A stretch of DNA of 51,527 bases from an uncultured Rhodospirillaceae bacterium. GTDB taxonomy: Bacteria > Pseudomonadota > Alphaproteobacteria > UBA7887. Each line of letters begins with the position of its first letter. The stretch's first letter is position 1. The stretch covers positions 1-51,527 of the forward strand of contig CAJWQN010000001.1 of NCBI GenBank assembly GCA_913045505.1. Reading direction: 5' to 3'. This document shows positions 43,837 through 51,527 of this stretch, in pieces. A program made the position numbers and the translations under genes. The notes beneath the pieces were generated by a model. The model was not told the origin of the DNA and made no database searches. It was given only the letters and a program-made list of their open reading frames with translations.

Positions 43837-44517
43837 TTAAAGCTCGCTATCTTCGAAATCCACCTTGGCGGTGTCTTCGACCCGGACGAAGAACGCCATC
43901 TTCGCCACCGAGGGATCTCCGGGCTGGGCACCGACGACGATCGATTGTTGCGACACGCCCCGCGCGATCAGACCGCGGGCATAGGCGCCGGCGCGAGCAA
44001 CCTCCAATAGCCGTCCGGCGGCCAACTCGTCGGCCAGGAACGGGCCGGTAAAGGTCGAGAACTCGACCTCGTAGCGCAGCCCGACCAGGCGCCGGTTGAG
44101 AGAACGGGCGATTCGAGACAGCAATTCCTCGCGGTCGGAACGCAGGCGCGTGCTGTCGGGCTCGAACAACTGGTCGACCGGCATGGTGATGGCCATGATC
44201 GAGCCGGACGAAAAGAATTCCACTCGCGCCAGGGGCACCGCGACCTCGAAAAAATCGCGAACCTCGCGATGGAACTCCTCCGTGGTCAAGTTTTCGCCGA
44301 CGCTGGCGGTGAACTCGGTGGGGCTGGCGGTGTTCAGAATTTCGGTCGAAAAGGTCGCGAGCAAGCTGCCCATGACCGCCTTGACCCGGTCTTCCTTCAG
44401 CGTCGCCATAGTGTTCAGCAAGACGAAAAAAGCCAACAGGATCAGGTACAAGCCCAAGAACAGAGCCAGCGTCGGATCTTTGGCCGGTGCCTTTTCTTGC
44501 GATTCTTCTTCGTCCAT
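43837..44517 (-). CDS. MotB-like paralog with degenerate OmpA-like domain (no conserved TM Asp)
   Basis: It has an acidic N-terminus and a single TM helix (LALFLGLYLILLAFFVLL), like MotB, but no Asp at the channel position. The C-terminal part (MPVDQLFEPDSTRLRSDREELLSRIARSL...ARAGAYARGLIARGV) resembles a degenerate OmpA_C fold. Confidence 0.45.
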   Translation of the reverse strand: MDEEESQEKAPAKDPTLALFLGLYLILLAFFVLLNTMATLKEDRVKAVMGSLLATFSTEILNTASPTEFTASVGENLTTEEFHREVRDFFEVAVPLARVEFFSSGSIMAITMPVDQLFEPDSTRLRSDREELLSRIARSLNRRLVGLRYEVEFSTFTGPFLADELAAGRLLEVARAGAYARGLIARGVSQQSIVVGAQPGDPSVAKMAFFVRVEDTAKVDFEDSEL

Positions 44518-44525
44518 GTGCCCGG

Positions 44526-45179
44526 CTAGTCCAAACTGGAGAACAGCTTGTCGATGTCGGCCTGACTTTGCGCCTCGCCCGAAGCCTGCGGGCCATTGAG
44601 CAGGTCCGCGTCGGAGGGCGCGGCCTTCTCGGCCGGCGGTTCACGGTCCGCGCTCGCGGCCCCGTCGCCCGCGCCCGAGAGTCCCGCGATCTTGGCTTCG
44701 ATATGGCGCAACGTCTCGACAACCTTGCCGATTCGCTGGCCGGTGATGTCCTGAAATCCACAGGATTCGAAAATACGGGTGATTTGTACGGTCACCCGGT
44801 CGGGCAGATCGTCGTCGCCTTCGGCCACCAAGGCCTCGATGCGCTCGGCGGCATCCATGATGTCGTTGGTCGCCGTTTCGGTGGCGCTGACGATTTCTTC
44901 CAGTTCGTCGTTCGCGTCCGGAATCCGCGTTCGCCGTATCTCCGACACCTCCAACCCGGCCAGTTCCTCGCGAGCCGTACGCATGAACGCCATCGACTGT
45001 CCCAGTTCGCTTTGGACATGACGCTCGCGCTCGGCGAGCGCGGTGAGTTCGCTCGGCGAACTGCCGAATATCGCCGTCATCACGGCCTCGATATCGGCGA
45101 TCTCGACGGTATCGCCGAGCCGCTCGCGCGGTGCCGCGAAGCGTGCGTCAAGTTCCTTGGTCAACTCTGTCTCGCCCAT
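44526..45179 (-). CDS. cheZ: CheY-P phosphatase CheZ
   Basis: 217 aa and helical. FESCGFQDITGQRIGKVVETL matches the catalytic D..TGQ motif of CheZ. The acidic C-terminal tail (ADIDKLFSSLD) resembles a CheY-binding peptide. It lies directly downstream of cheY. Confidence 0.7.
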   Translation of the reverse strand: MGETELTKELDARFAAPRERLGDTVEIADIEAVMTAIFGSSPSELTALAERERHVQSELGQSMAFMRTAREELAGLEVSEIRRTRIPDANDELEEIVSATETATNDIMDAAERIEALVAEGDDDLPDRVTVQITRIFESCGFQDITGQRIGKVVETLRHIEAKIAGLSGAGDGAASADREPPAEKAAPSDADLLNGPQASGEAQSQADIDKLFSSLD

Positions 45180-45210
45180 GACCCCTGCTCCGTCCCCAGT
45201 ATCAGAAGGA

Positions 45211-45600
45211 CTAGAAGTCGCCGATCACCGCGCTCATCTTGCCGCGCAGTGTCTCGGCGTTGAACGGCTTGACGATATAGTTGTTGACGCCGGCCTCCTT
45301 GGCCGCGATCACGTTTTCGGTCTTGCTCTCCGCCGTGATCATGATGAACGGCGTGTGCTTGAGGTTTTCGTCCGCGCGCACCTCTTTCAGCAGTTGCAGC
45401 CCAGTCATCGGTTCCATATTCCAGTCGGAGATGATCAGACCGAATTCGGTATCTTCGCGAAGTTTCGTCAATGCCTCGGCGCCGTCCAATGCTTCGGAGA
45501 CGTTGTTGAACCCGAGTTGTCGCAGCAGATTGGTGACGATGCGCAGCATCGTCTTGTAATCGTCGACGATCAGGATGTTCATGTCTTTTTCGACTGCCAT
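45211..45600 (-). CDS. cheY: chemotaxis response regulator CheY (single receiver domain)
   Basis: It has ILIVDDYKTMLRIV, ISDWNMEPMTG (the phospho-acceptor Asp), ITAES and YIVKPF (the conserved Lys). It is 129 aa. Confidence 0.9.
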   Translation of the reverse strand: MAVEKDMNILIVDDYKTMLRIVTNLLRQLGFNNVSEALDGAEALTKLREDTEFGLIISDWNMEPMTGLQLLKEVRADENLKHTPFIMITAESKTENVIAAKEAGVNNYIVKPFNAETLRGKMSAVIGDF

Positions 45601-45693
45601 TTTGAAGCTCCACCTTCAAACTAGGAATACCGGTCCCACCCGATCCATTGGCTCGCCGCGCCCCTCCCAAGCCGTCGGGCCGGCGCGGACCGG

Positions 45694-46374
45694 TCACAGT
45701 ACCGAGTCTCGTGTAGCCTCCGGCAGACTGGGTCGTTTCGCCAGTTCCACCGTCAATGAGCGCGCCGAGGCGGTATCCATTTTGCCGATAATGTCCGCCA
45801 CTTTGGCGTCCCTCATCCGCTGCACGATATCAATCAGATAGGTCATTTCGAGCGTATTGAAAACGCGAGCGGCGTCCTTGGGCTTCATTTTTTCGTAGTA
45901 GGTCGCGAGAGTTTGCAAATCGTTCTCTTTTTCTTCGTCATATTCGGCCAGCAGCGCCTCGACCGAGTCCTGCAAGCGCCTCCAGTCGCCGATTCGGCTT
46001 TCCAGCGCATGTTCCGCCGCCCTGACCATTTTCTCACGCAGATCGATCTCGGCGGCCCGCGCCTCGAGCGCCCGTCGGCGGGCGCGAAGGTCTTGCAGGA
46101 CATCCAATTCGGACCGGCTCATCTCGTCGCTGTCGGGCACAAGCGGCTCGGCGCCGTCACCGCCCAGCAGGCCCTCTGCCGCGATCTCCTCTTGCGCGGC
46201 CTCGTCGAGCACATCCGTGGGACGCTCGCCCGGCGCTTGTTGGGCCTGGAGCTCGGTCCCGATCCCACCCTCGATCACCGGGTCGAGACCTTGCCAAAGG
46301 TCGCCGATCTTGATCGTGATCAGCATTGCCGCCACGAAGATCGTGATCGGGAGAATTCTGAATCTGGCGCGCAT
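45694..46374 (-). CDS. motE: MotE-family flagellar protein (MgtE_N-like)
   Basis: It has an N-terminal TM anchor and a coiled-coil middle. The C-terminus EKMKPKDAARVFNTLEMTYLIDIVQRMRDAKVADIIGKMDTASARSLTVELA is typical of MotE/FlbB-like proteins. Confidence 0.6.
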   Translation of the reverse strand: MRARFRILPITIFVAAMLITIKIGDLWQGLDPVIEGGIGTELQAQQAPGERPTDVLDEAAQEEIAAEGLLGGDGAEPLVPDSDEMSRSELDVLQDLRARRRALEARAAEIDLREKMVRAAEHALESRIGDWRRLQDSVEALLAEYDEEKENDLQTLATYYEKMKPKDAARVFNTLEMTYLIDIVQRMRDAKVADIIGKMDTASARSLTVELAKRPSLPEATRDSVL

Positions 46375-46385
46375 CTCGATTTCTC

Positions 46386-46841
46386 TCAGTTCGCGGCCTT
46401 GAGGGCCTGAATCAGCTCTTTCTCGGCGCGCGAACGGGCCGCGGGCGCTTCTCGCGCGGGGCCACGGCGCGGGCTCGGGTCGGGCTGGGCCGGCGCGGCG
46501 CGCGGTGCGGATTTGCGTGCCGGCGCCTCCGTGGTCGGGTCAAGGCGCTTGATCAGCTTGTTCGCACGATGATTGAGCATATCCAAATCACCGATCAACT
46601 CGCGCGCCGATCGCATTTTCGGATCCAACTCACCGAACGCATCCTCGGCCGCGGTCTTGAGTTGCATGATGCTGGTCTCGGCCCGCGCGGTGGCGTCATT
46701 GAAGGTCGCGGCCAGGCGCTTCATCTCGTCTTGGGCGGCACGCAAAGCGCCAAGCCGACGGTTCAACGTCGCGCAATAGCAGATGGTGACGACCAGCAGC
46801 AGCACCAGAACCCCATCGACGGCAAGACCGTAATTCATCAT
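46386..46841 (-). CDS. small membrane-anchored coiled-coil protein of flagellar clusters (possibly DUF6468)
   Basis: It has an N-terminal TM helix (VDGVLVLLLVVTICYCATL), then a helical region and an Arg/Pro-rich tail. The ATG at 46841 shares one nucleotide with the fliM stop (TGATG). The family assignment is from memory only. Confidence 0.45.
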   Translation of the reverse strand: MMNYGLAVDGVLVLLLVVTICYCATLNRRLGALRAAQDEMKRLAATFNDATARAETSIMQLKTAAEDAFGELDPKMRSARELIGDLDMLNHRANKLIKRLDPTTEAPARKSAPRAAPAQPDPSPRRGPAREAPAARSRAEKELIQALKAAN

Positions 46842-47917
46842 CAATCTCCAAGTTTCTTGAGGGTTCTGTCGACACGGACGGCGATGTTGTTGCCCGCCCG
46901 GCCCATTGATCCGGCCATCATCGGAATTCCGCCGCAGCGAAGCTCGACCTCGGACTCGGGTGTCGCGTTGAGCATCAACGTGTCACCCACCTTCAGGTTC
47001 ATCACCCGCTCCAGCATCATCAATTGCTCGTCGAGGACCGCATCGATTTCGACATCGGTGACCCAAAGTTCGCTTGCCAAATGGGTCTCCCAAATCGAGT
47101 CGCGGCCGAATTTCTCGCCCATGAACATCTGCAGCAGCAACTCGCGCACCGGCTCCAGCGTCGCATAGGGGATCAGCAGCTCCAGGCGCCCGCCGCGATC
47201 TTCCATGTCGATGCGCAGCGAGGCGATGATCGCCGCGTTGCCGGGGCGGACGATGGTGGCGAAGCGCGGATTGGTTTCGAGCCGGTCGAACTTGAAGGTC
47301 ACGGGGCTCAGCGGTTCGAACGAGACGCTCATGTCCTCGAGCACCACCTCGACCATCCGTTCAACCAGATTCCGTTCGATGGTGGTATAGGGGCGGCCTT
47401 CGATGCGCATCGCCGCGGTGCCGCGGCGGCCGCCAAGCAAGACGTCGACAATCGAGTAGATCAACGCGCTGTCGACCGTGATCAGGCCAAAATTGTCCCA
47501 TTCCTCGGCCTTGAACACGGACAGCATGGCCGGCAACGGAATCGAATTCAGGTAATCTCCGAATCGCGCCGAATTGATCCGGTCCAGGGAGACCTCGACA
47601 TTGTCGGAGGTGAAGTTCCTGAGCGACGTCGACATCATCCGAACCAGCCGGTCGAAGACCACTTCGAGCATCGGCAGGCGTTCATAGGAGACCAGCGACG
47701 AGTTGAGGATCGCATGGATGCCGCTTTCTTCTTCCTCGCCGGCGCCCTGCTCGTCGAATCCCAGCAGGCTGTCGATTTCATCCTGGCTGAGAACCCGCGT
47801 GGCTTGGGCGCCGCTGGCATCCCCGCCACCGGCGCCGGAACCCCCATCCTCGTCCTCGGCCATCATGGCTTCCCATTCGGCTGCCATCTGGTCTTGGGAT
47901 TCGTCTTCGTCCGCCAT
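46841..47917 (-). CDS. fliM: flagellar motor switch protein FliM
   Basis: It has an acidic N-terminus followed by the LSQDEIDSLLGF CheY-P binding motif, then the FliM middle domain and a C-terminal SpoA-like region (LKVGDTLML). It is 358 aa. Confidence 0.9.
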   Translation of the reverse strand: MADEDESQDQMAAEWEAMMAEDEDGGSGAGGGDASGAQATRVLSQDEIDSLLGFDEQGAGEEEESGIHAILNSSLVSYERLPMLEVVFDRLVRMMSTSLRNFTSDNVEVSLDRINSARFGDYLNSIPLPAMLSVFKAEEWDNFGLITVDSALIYSIVDVLLGGRRGTAAMRIEGRPYTTIERNLVERMVEVVLEDMSVSFEPLSPVTFKFDRLETNPRFATIVRPGNAAIIASLRIDMEDRGGRLELLIPYATLEPVRELLLQMFMGEKFGRDSIWETHLASELWVTDVEIDAVLDEQLMMLERVMNLKVGDTLMLNATPESEVELRCGGIPMMAGSMGRAGNNIAVRVDRTLKKLGD

Positions 47918-47961
47918 CTCTAAGTCACCATGAGGTTCGCATCATCATCAGTCCTGGGGCG

Positions 47962-48531
47962 TTATCCCTGGACCAGGATTTCCTTGAACAGAATGTCATA
48001 AACGCGCAAAGGCTGCACGGCCATGTTGACCCGCACCAGCAGCTCCTCCTTGAGCCGAAACACGCCCTTGGTGCCGCTCAATTCTTCGGGACGCAGTTCC
48101 CGCAGATAGACCTGGAAGTTGTCAACAATCCGGGGCAGCACGGCCTCGACCTGGGGCACCGCGTCCGGATTGCCCAGTTCCAGGCTGACTTGAATTTTCA
48201 GAAAACTTGCCTGGCGCCCGCCGGTGTTCAAGTTGACCAGCATTTCCGGCAAATCGTAGAACACCGCCTCGCGGGACTCGTCGGCGGCCGCCGAGACGGC
48301 TTCCTCGCCTTCCACATCCCCCGATTCGGCCGCGATTTCTTCTTCGTCGTCACCACCGAGAATGCCGCTGAAGAAAACGCCGGCGCCGGCGCCGGCCAGC
48401 AACAGCACGCCCACTCCGGCAATCAGGATCAGCTTCTTGCCGCCGAATTTCTTTCCTGGCGATTGACCGCCGTCTTCGTCCTCGCCCTCGGTGTCCTCGG
48501 CGTCTTCGGCTTCGAGATCTTCTTCACTCAT
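47962..48531 (-). CDS. fliL: flagellar basal-body-associated protein FliL
   Basis: It has an acidic N-terminus and a single TM helix (LILIAGVGVLLLAGAGAGVFF). VFYDLPEMLVNLN....FLKIQVSLEL is typical of FliL. Confidence 0.85.
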   Translation of the reverse strand: MSEEDLEAEDAEDTEGEDEDGGQSPGKKFGGKKLILIAGVGVLLLAGAGAGVFFSGILGGDDEEEIAAESGDVEGEEAVSAAADESREAVFYDLPEMLVNLNTGGRQASFLKIQVSLELGNPDAVPQVEAVLPRIVDNFQVYLRELRPEELSGTKGVFRLKEELLVRVNMAVQPLRVYDILFKEILVQG

Positions 48532-48739
48532 TGGATTGCCCCAGTGAGATCACCTTTCAAGCGGCGGCGCGGGTGCAGGATTTCCGCCGGGCGATTCTCG
48601 TTCCATCCGACCCACGGCCAGTCTAGGCAATGGTGGTTAACAAGACGTTGCGCCCCGCGCCGTTCCCGTTGGCAAGAACTGCCCGGCAAGCTTTGCCGGC
48701 GCCGCGGCGCAACACCTTGAAAACCCAAAGTAATTGGAT

Positions 48740-48755
48740 TGGCACGTCGCATGCA
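48740..48755 (+). promoter_or_regulatory. candidate sigma-54 (-24/-12) promoter for flgFGAH
   Basis: TGGCACgtcgcATGCA compares with the consensus TGGCAC-N5-TTGCW, with correct GG/GC spacing. It lies about 78 nt upstream of the flgF ATG. Confidence 0.5.
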
Positions 48756-48832
48756 TTCCCCTCGCCGGTATGGGCGCCGCCCGGCGGAAGTCCCAAAGCA
48801 CAGGCCGGAGACGCGAGACTCAGGATCGGCAT

Positions 48833-49549
48833 ATGGATAATACCACCTACATCACCTTATCGCGACAGACCGCCTTGCGCCGGCAGATGGATATCCTCGC
48901 CCATAATCTGGCCAACGCCAGCACCACCGCGTTCAAGGCCGAGGCGCCGCTGTTCTCCGAGTATCTGGCCCGCGCCGGCGGCCAGCGCGAATTGGCGTTC
49001 GTCCAGGACAAGGGGTCGATGCGCGACACCAGCGAAGGGCCGATGCATCGAACCGGCAACCCGTTGGATCTGGCGATTCACGGCGACGCTTATTTCGTGA
49101 TCCAAACCGATCGTGGCGAGCGCTACACCCGCAACGGCCATTTCCTTCTGGACGGCGAGGGCAATCTGGTCACGTCAGCCGACAACCAGGTGCTCGATGT
49201 CGACGGTCGCGAAATCCAGATTCCTCGGGATCAGACCGGAATCACGATCTCGTCCGACGGATCGATTTCCGGCGTCAACGGGCCGATCGCGCGCCTGCAA
49301 CTGGTGGAATTCGCCAATCCGCAAGGCTTGCGCCGCGAAGCCAACAGCCTTTACGTGACTTCGGACGATCCCCAGGAGCCGCGCGAGGCATCGGTGATCC
49401 AGGGGATGCTGGAGCAGTCCAACGTCAAGCCGATCGTGGAAATGACCAACATGATCAACCTTCACCGCTCGTACCAGTCGAACAACAAACTCGTCGATAC
49501 CGAGGACCAACTGCAGCGCCGGACGATCGACCGGATCATGCGCGCTTAA
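48833..49549 (+). CDS. flgF: flagellar basal-body rod protein FlgF
   Basis: The start is set at MDNTTYITLSRQTALRRQMDILAHNLANASTTAFKAE (rod-protein N-terminal motif). The C-terminus has LEQSNVKPIVEMTNMINLHRSYQ. It is about 238 aa. Confidence 0.85.
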   Translation: MDNTTYITLSRQTALRRQMDILAHNLANASTTAFKAEAPLFSEYLARAGGQRELAFVQDKGSMRDTSEGPMHRTGNPLDLAIHGDAYFVIQTDRGERYTRNGHFLLDGEGNLVTSADNQVLDVDGREIQIPRDQTGITISSDGSISGVNGPIARLQLVEFANPQGLRREANSLYVTSDDPQEPREASVIQGMLEQSNVKPIVEMTNMINLHRSYQSNNKLVDTEDQLQRRTIDRIMRA

Positions 49550-49576
49550 TCGGTCTGTGAATCAAGGATTTCCGCC

Positions 49577-50362
49577 ATGAGATCGCTGAGCATCGCCGCG
49601 ACTGGCCTGTTGGCCCAACAGCTCAACGTCGAGGTCATCTCCAACAACATCGCCAACATGGTGACCACCGGCTTCAAGCGTCAGCGGCCGGAGTTCCAGG
49701 ACCTGCTGTATCAAAGCCAGCGCCGGATCGGCGCCACGTCCTCGGACGCCGGCACGGTGGTGCCGTCCGGCATCCAGCTTGGACTCGGCGTCCGCACCGC
49801 CTCGGTCTATCGGATCATCGAGCAAGGCAATCTCCTCGGCACCGGCGCCACCTTCGACGTCGCGATTCAAGGTCGCGGCTGGTTCCGTGTCCAGTTGCCC
49901 TCGGGCGAGGACGCCTTCACCCGCGCCGGTTCGTTTCAGCTCAGCCCAACCGGCCAGGTCGTCACCGCCGACGGCGATCCGGTTCAGCCGGGCATCACGA
50001 TTCCCAACAACGCGCTCGAGATCAGCATCAACGCCAACGGCGATGTCGAGGTCAAGATCGCCGGCCAGGTCACACCCCAGAACGTCGGTACATTCGATCT
50101 GGTCAGCTTTCCCAATGCCGCCGGCCTGGAGGCGATCGGCGACAATCTGCTCCTCGAGACACCGTCGTCCGGCGCTCCGGTGGTCGGCACGCCGGGCAAT
50201 GACGGCTTGGGCACCCTGGTGCAGGGATTTCTGGAGACCTCCAACGTCAACTCGGTGTCCGAGATCACCAATCTGATCACCGCCCAGCGCGCCTATGAAA
50301 TGAATTCCAAGGTCGTGACCACGTCGGACGAGATGATGGCCACCGTCAGCCAGCTCCGCTAG
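49577..50362 (+). CDS. flgG: flagellar basal-body distal rod protein FlgG
   Basis: MRSLSIAATGLLAQQLNVEVISNNIANMVTTGFKRQR ... LETSNVNSVSEITNLITAQRAYEMNSKV. It is 261 aa. Confidence 0.92.
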   Translation: MRSLSIAATGLLAQQLNVEVISNNIANMVTTGFKRQRPEFQDLLYQSQRRIGATSSDAGTVVPSGIQLGLGVRTASVYRIIEQGNLLGTGATFDVAIQGRGWFRVQLPSGEDAFTRAGSFQLSPTGQVVTADGDPVQPGITIPNNALEISINANGDVEVKIAGQVTPQNVGTFDLVSFPNAAGLEAIGDNLLLETPSSGAPVVGTPGNDGLGTLVQGFLETSNVNSVSEITNLITAQRAYEMNSKVVTTSDEMMATVSQLR

Positions 50363-50372
50363 GCGGGAGGAT

Positions 50373-51335
50373 ATGACGATGAACGCATGTGCCAAGGGAA
50401 CGATCGGGGCCGCATTGATGGTCGTGGTGTTCGCGATCTCGGTCGCGGCCGCGCCGCCGCGCCTGCGCCCCAACATCGAGGTCGATCACGGCCAGGTCAC
50501 GCTTGGCGATTTGTTCGAGAATGCCGGCGCGGTCGCCGACGTGGCGGTCATGGCCGCGCCCGCGCCGGGCGAGCGGACCGAGCTCACGATCGCCCAAGTG
50601 TTCGACTTGGCCAATCGGCACGGGCTCGGGTGGCGGCCGGTGGTCCCGTTCACCCATGTCTCCATCGGCCGTGCCTGGCGCTACCTGAACGACCGCGAAA
50701 TCGCCGAAAATCTCAAGGATGCCCTTCGCGAGGCTGGCGCCGGCGGTACCCTCACCCTGGACCTTCCGACCCGGGCGCTGGAAATCAAGGTCGCCCGTGG
50801 CGCCCTGGCCGACGTCACCTTCGAGGCGGTGTCCTACGAGCCGGAAACCTCCCGGTTTCAGGTCACCCTGGTGGTCCGGGCCGCCGGGACCCGGGTTCAG
50901 CGCTACAACATGGTCGGGCGGGCGTTCGCGACATTGGAGATTCCGGTGCTGCGGTCGCGCCTGCGCGGCGAGGACGTGATCCGGAACGACGACATCGAGT
51001 GGGTCGAGCGGCGCACCAACAAGCTGCCGCGCGCCGTGATCACCGATGCCGCGGACCTGATCGGCAAATCCCTGACCCGCGCGGTCGCCCCCGGCAAACC
51101 GCTGAAATCCGGCGATGTCGGCGCGCCGACGATGGTGATTCGCGGGGCCATGGTCGCGATGCACTACCTGGCACCCAATCTCCATCTCGTGGCCACCGGC
51201 CGCGCCGAGGAATCCGGCGCCCGCGGCGAGGTTATCGCGGTCCAGAACAGCCACAGCCGCATCACCATCGATGCCGTGGTCACCGGCGCCAACCGTGTCG
51301 AGGTGCGCACGCCGCGCCAATTCGCCGCGCAATGA
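50373..51335 (+). CDS. flgA: flagellar P-ring assembly chaperone FlgA
   Basis: It has a signal peptide and a SAF-like region (VLRSRLRGEDVIRNDDIEWVE). The C-terminus is GEVIAVQNSHSRITIDAVVTGANRVEV. It lies between flgG and flgH. Confidence 0.75.
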   Translation: MTMNACAKGTIGAALMVVVFAISVAAAPPRLRPNIEVDHGQVTLGDLFENAGAVADVAVMAAPAPGERTELTIAQVFDLANRHGLGWRPVVPFTHVSIGRAWRYLNDREIAENLKDALREAGAGGTLTLDLPTRALEIKVARGALADVTFEAVSYEPETSRFQVTLVVRAAGTRVQRYNMVGRAFATLEIPVLRSRLRGEDVIRNDDIEWVERRTNKLPRAVITDAADLIGKSLTRAVAPGKPLKSGDVGAPTMVIRGAMVAMHYLAPNLHLVATGRAEESGARGEVIAVQNSHSRITIDAVVTGANRVEVRTPRQFAAQ

Positions 51336-51386
51336 GCCCGACCCGGCGCCTGACCATCGTTCGGTCCAACCCCTAGGAGCATTCCC

Positions 51387-51527
51387 ATGGTCCCGTCCCG
51401 CCGATCATACCGTTCGTTTCTTGCCGTCGCCGCGGTCGCGCTGCTGTCGGGGTGTTCGGCCATGGAACGAATCGGTCAGGTCGGCCAGACGCCCGATTTT
51501 CGCCCGATCGCGAACCCCACCCAGGAG
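51387..51527 (+). CDS. flgH: flagellar L-ring lipoprotein FlgH, 3' end outside the window
   Basis: It starts MVPSRRSYRSFLAVAAVALLSGCSAMERIGQ, with the lipobox LLSGC. The RBS is AGGAGC. The frame is open to the window edge. Confidence 0.8.
   Translation, partial: MVPSRRSYRSFLAVAAVALLSGCSAMERIGQVGQTPDFRPIANPTQE

Noticed and set aside
48637-48651. TTAAC-containing sequence upstream of fliL that resembles a CtrA box on the minus strand (GCAA-N7-TTAAC).
   Set aside because: Only one half-site matches the TTAA-N7-TTAAC consensus. A single half-site is expected by chance.
1-51527. Search for rRNA, tRNA, CRISPR arrays, IS elements, integrases, and toxin-antitoxin or restriction-modification genes.
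   Set aside because: No ORF has transposase, integrase or recombinase motifs. No regularly spaced repeat array was seen. No intergenic region has cloverleaf-like tRNA features. This was visual inspection only, so tRNAscan-SE, Infernal and ISfinder should confirm it.

Overview
This is a GC-rich chromosomal segment with strong G/C bias at third codon positions. Gene content and order look alphaproteobacterial, which is an inference from family signatures only. About 50 protein-coding genes can be supported. Most long ORFs in the six-frame track are antisense or out-of-frame shadows of real genes. All start codons were placed by hand and are approximate.

Left third (1-16 kb): a LysM protein, an Atm1-type ABC exporter, psd-pssA, and a complete pqqABCDE operon. 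The 24-aa pqqA is too short for the ORF track and was found by hand translation. This part also holds an orphan ABC substrate-binding protein, GST, GluQRS, hydrolases, a nitroreductase and a CoA-transferase.

Middle (16-40 kb): an HNH endonuclease; a GT2 / Gfo-Idh-MocA::epimerase fusion / GT4 sugar-modification operon; YqjG; and a NosR/NirI-like membrane flavo-FeS protein translationally coupled to a SAM methyltransferase. These are followed by a dehydrogenase and a flavin reductase. Next comes a visibly lower-GC 2.9-kb cassette bracketed by two 66-nt imperfect direct repeats. It encodes a secreted caspase(C14)-FGE fusion protein and a small membrane ORF. After it lie a SWIM-SNF2 helicase, a YkgJ-type Cys-cluster protein and a qmoA-qmoB-hdrC-hdrB module with no aprBA or sat in view.

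Right third (40-51.5 kb): a flagellar/chemotaxis cluster. One operon runs fliL-fliM-(small membrane protein)-motE-cheY-cheZ-(degenerate MotB paralog)-motB-(1139-aa periplasmic repeat/TPR protein). It is divergent from flgF-flgG-flgA-flgH.

No rRNA, tRNA, CRISPR array, transposase or integrase was recognised. The best candidates for something new are the repeat-bracketed caspase-FGE cassette beside the SWIM-SNF2 gene, the orphan Qmo/Hdr module, the NosR-methyltransferase pair, and the giant motB-coupled periplasmic protein.
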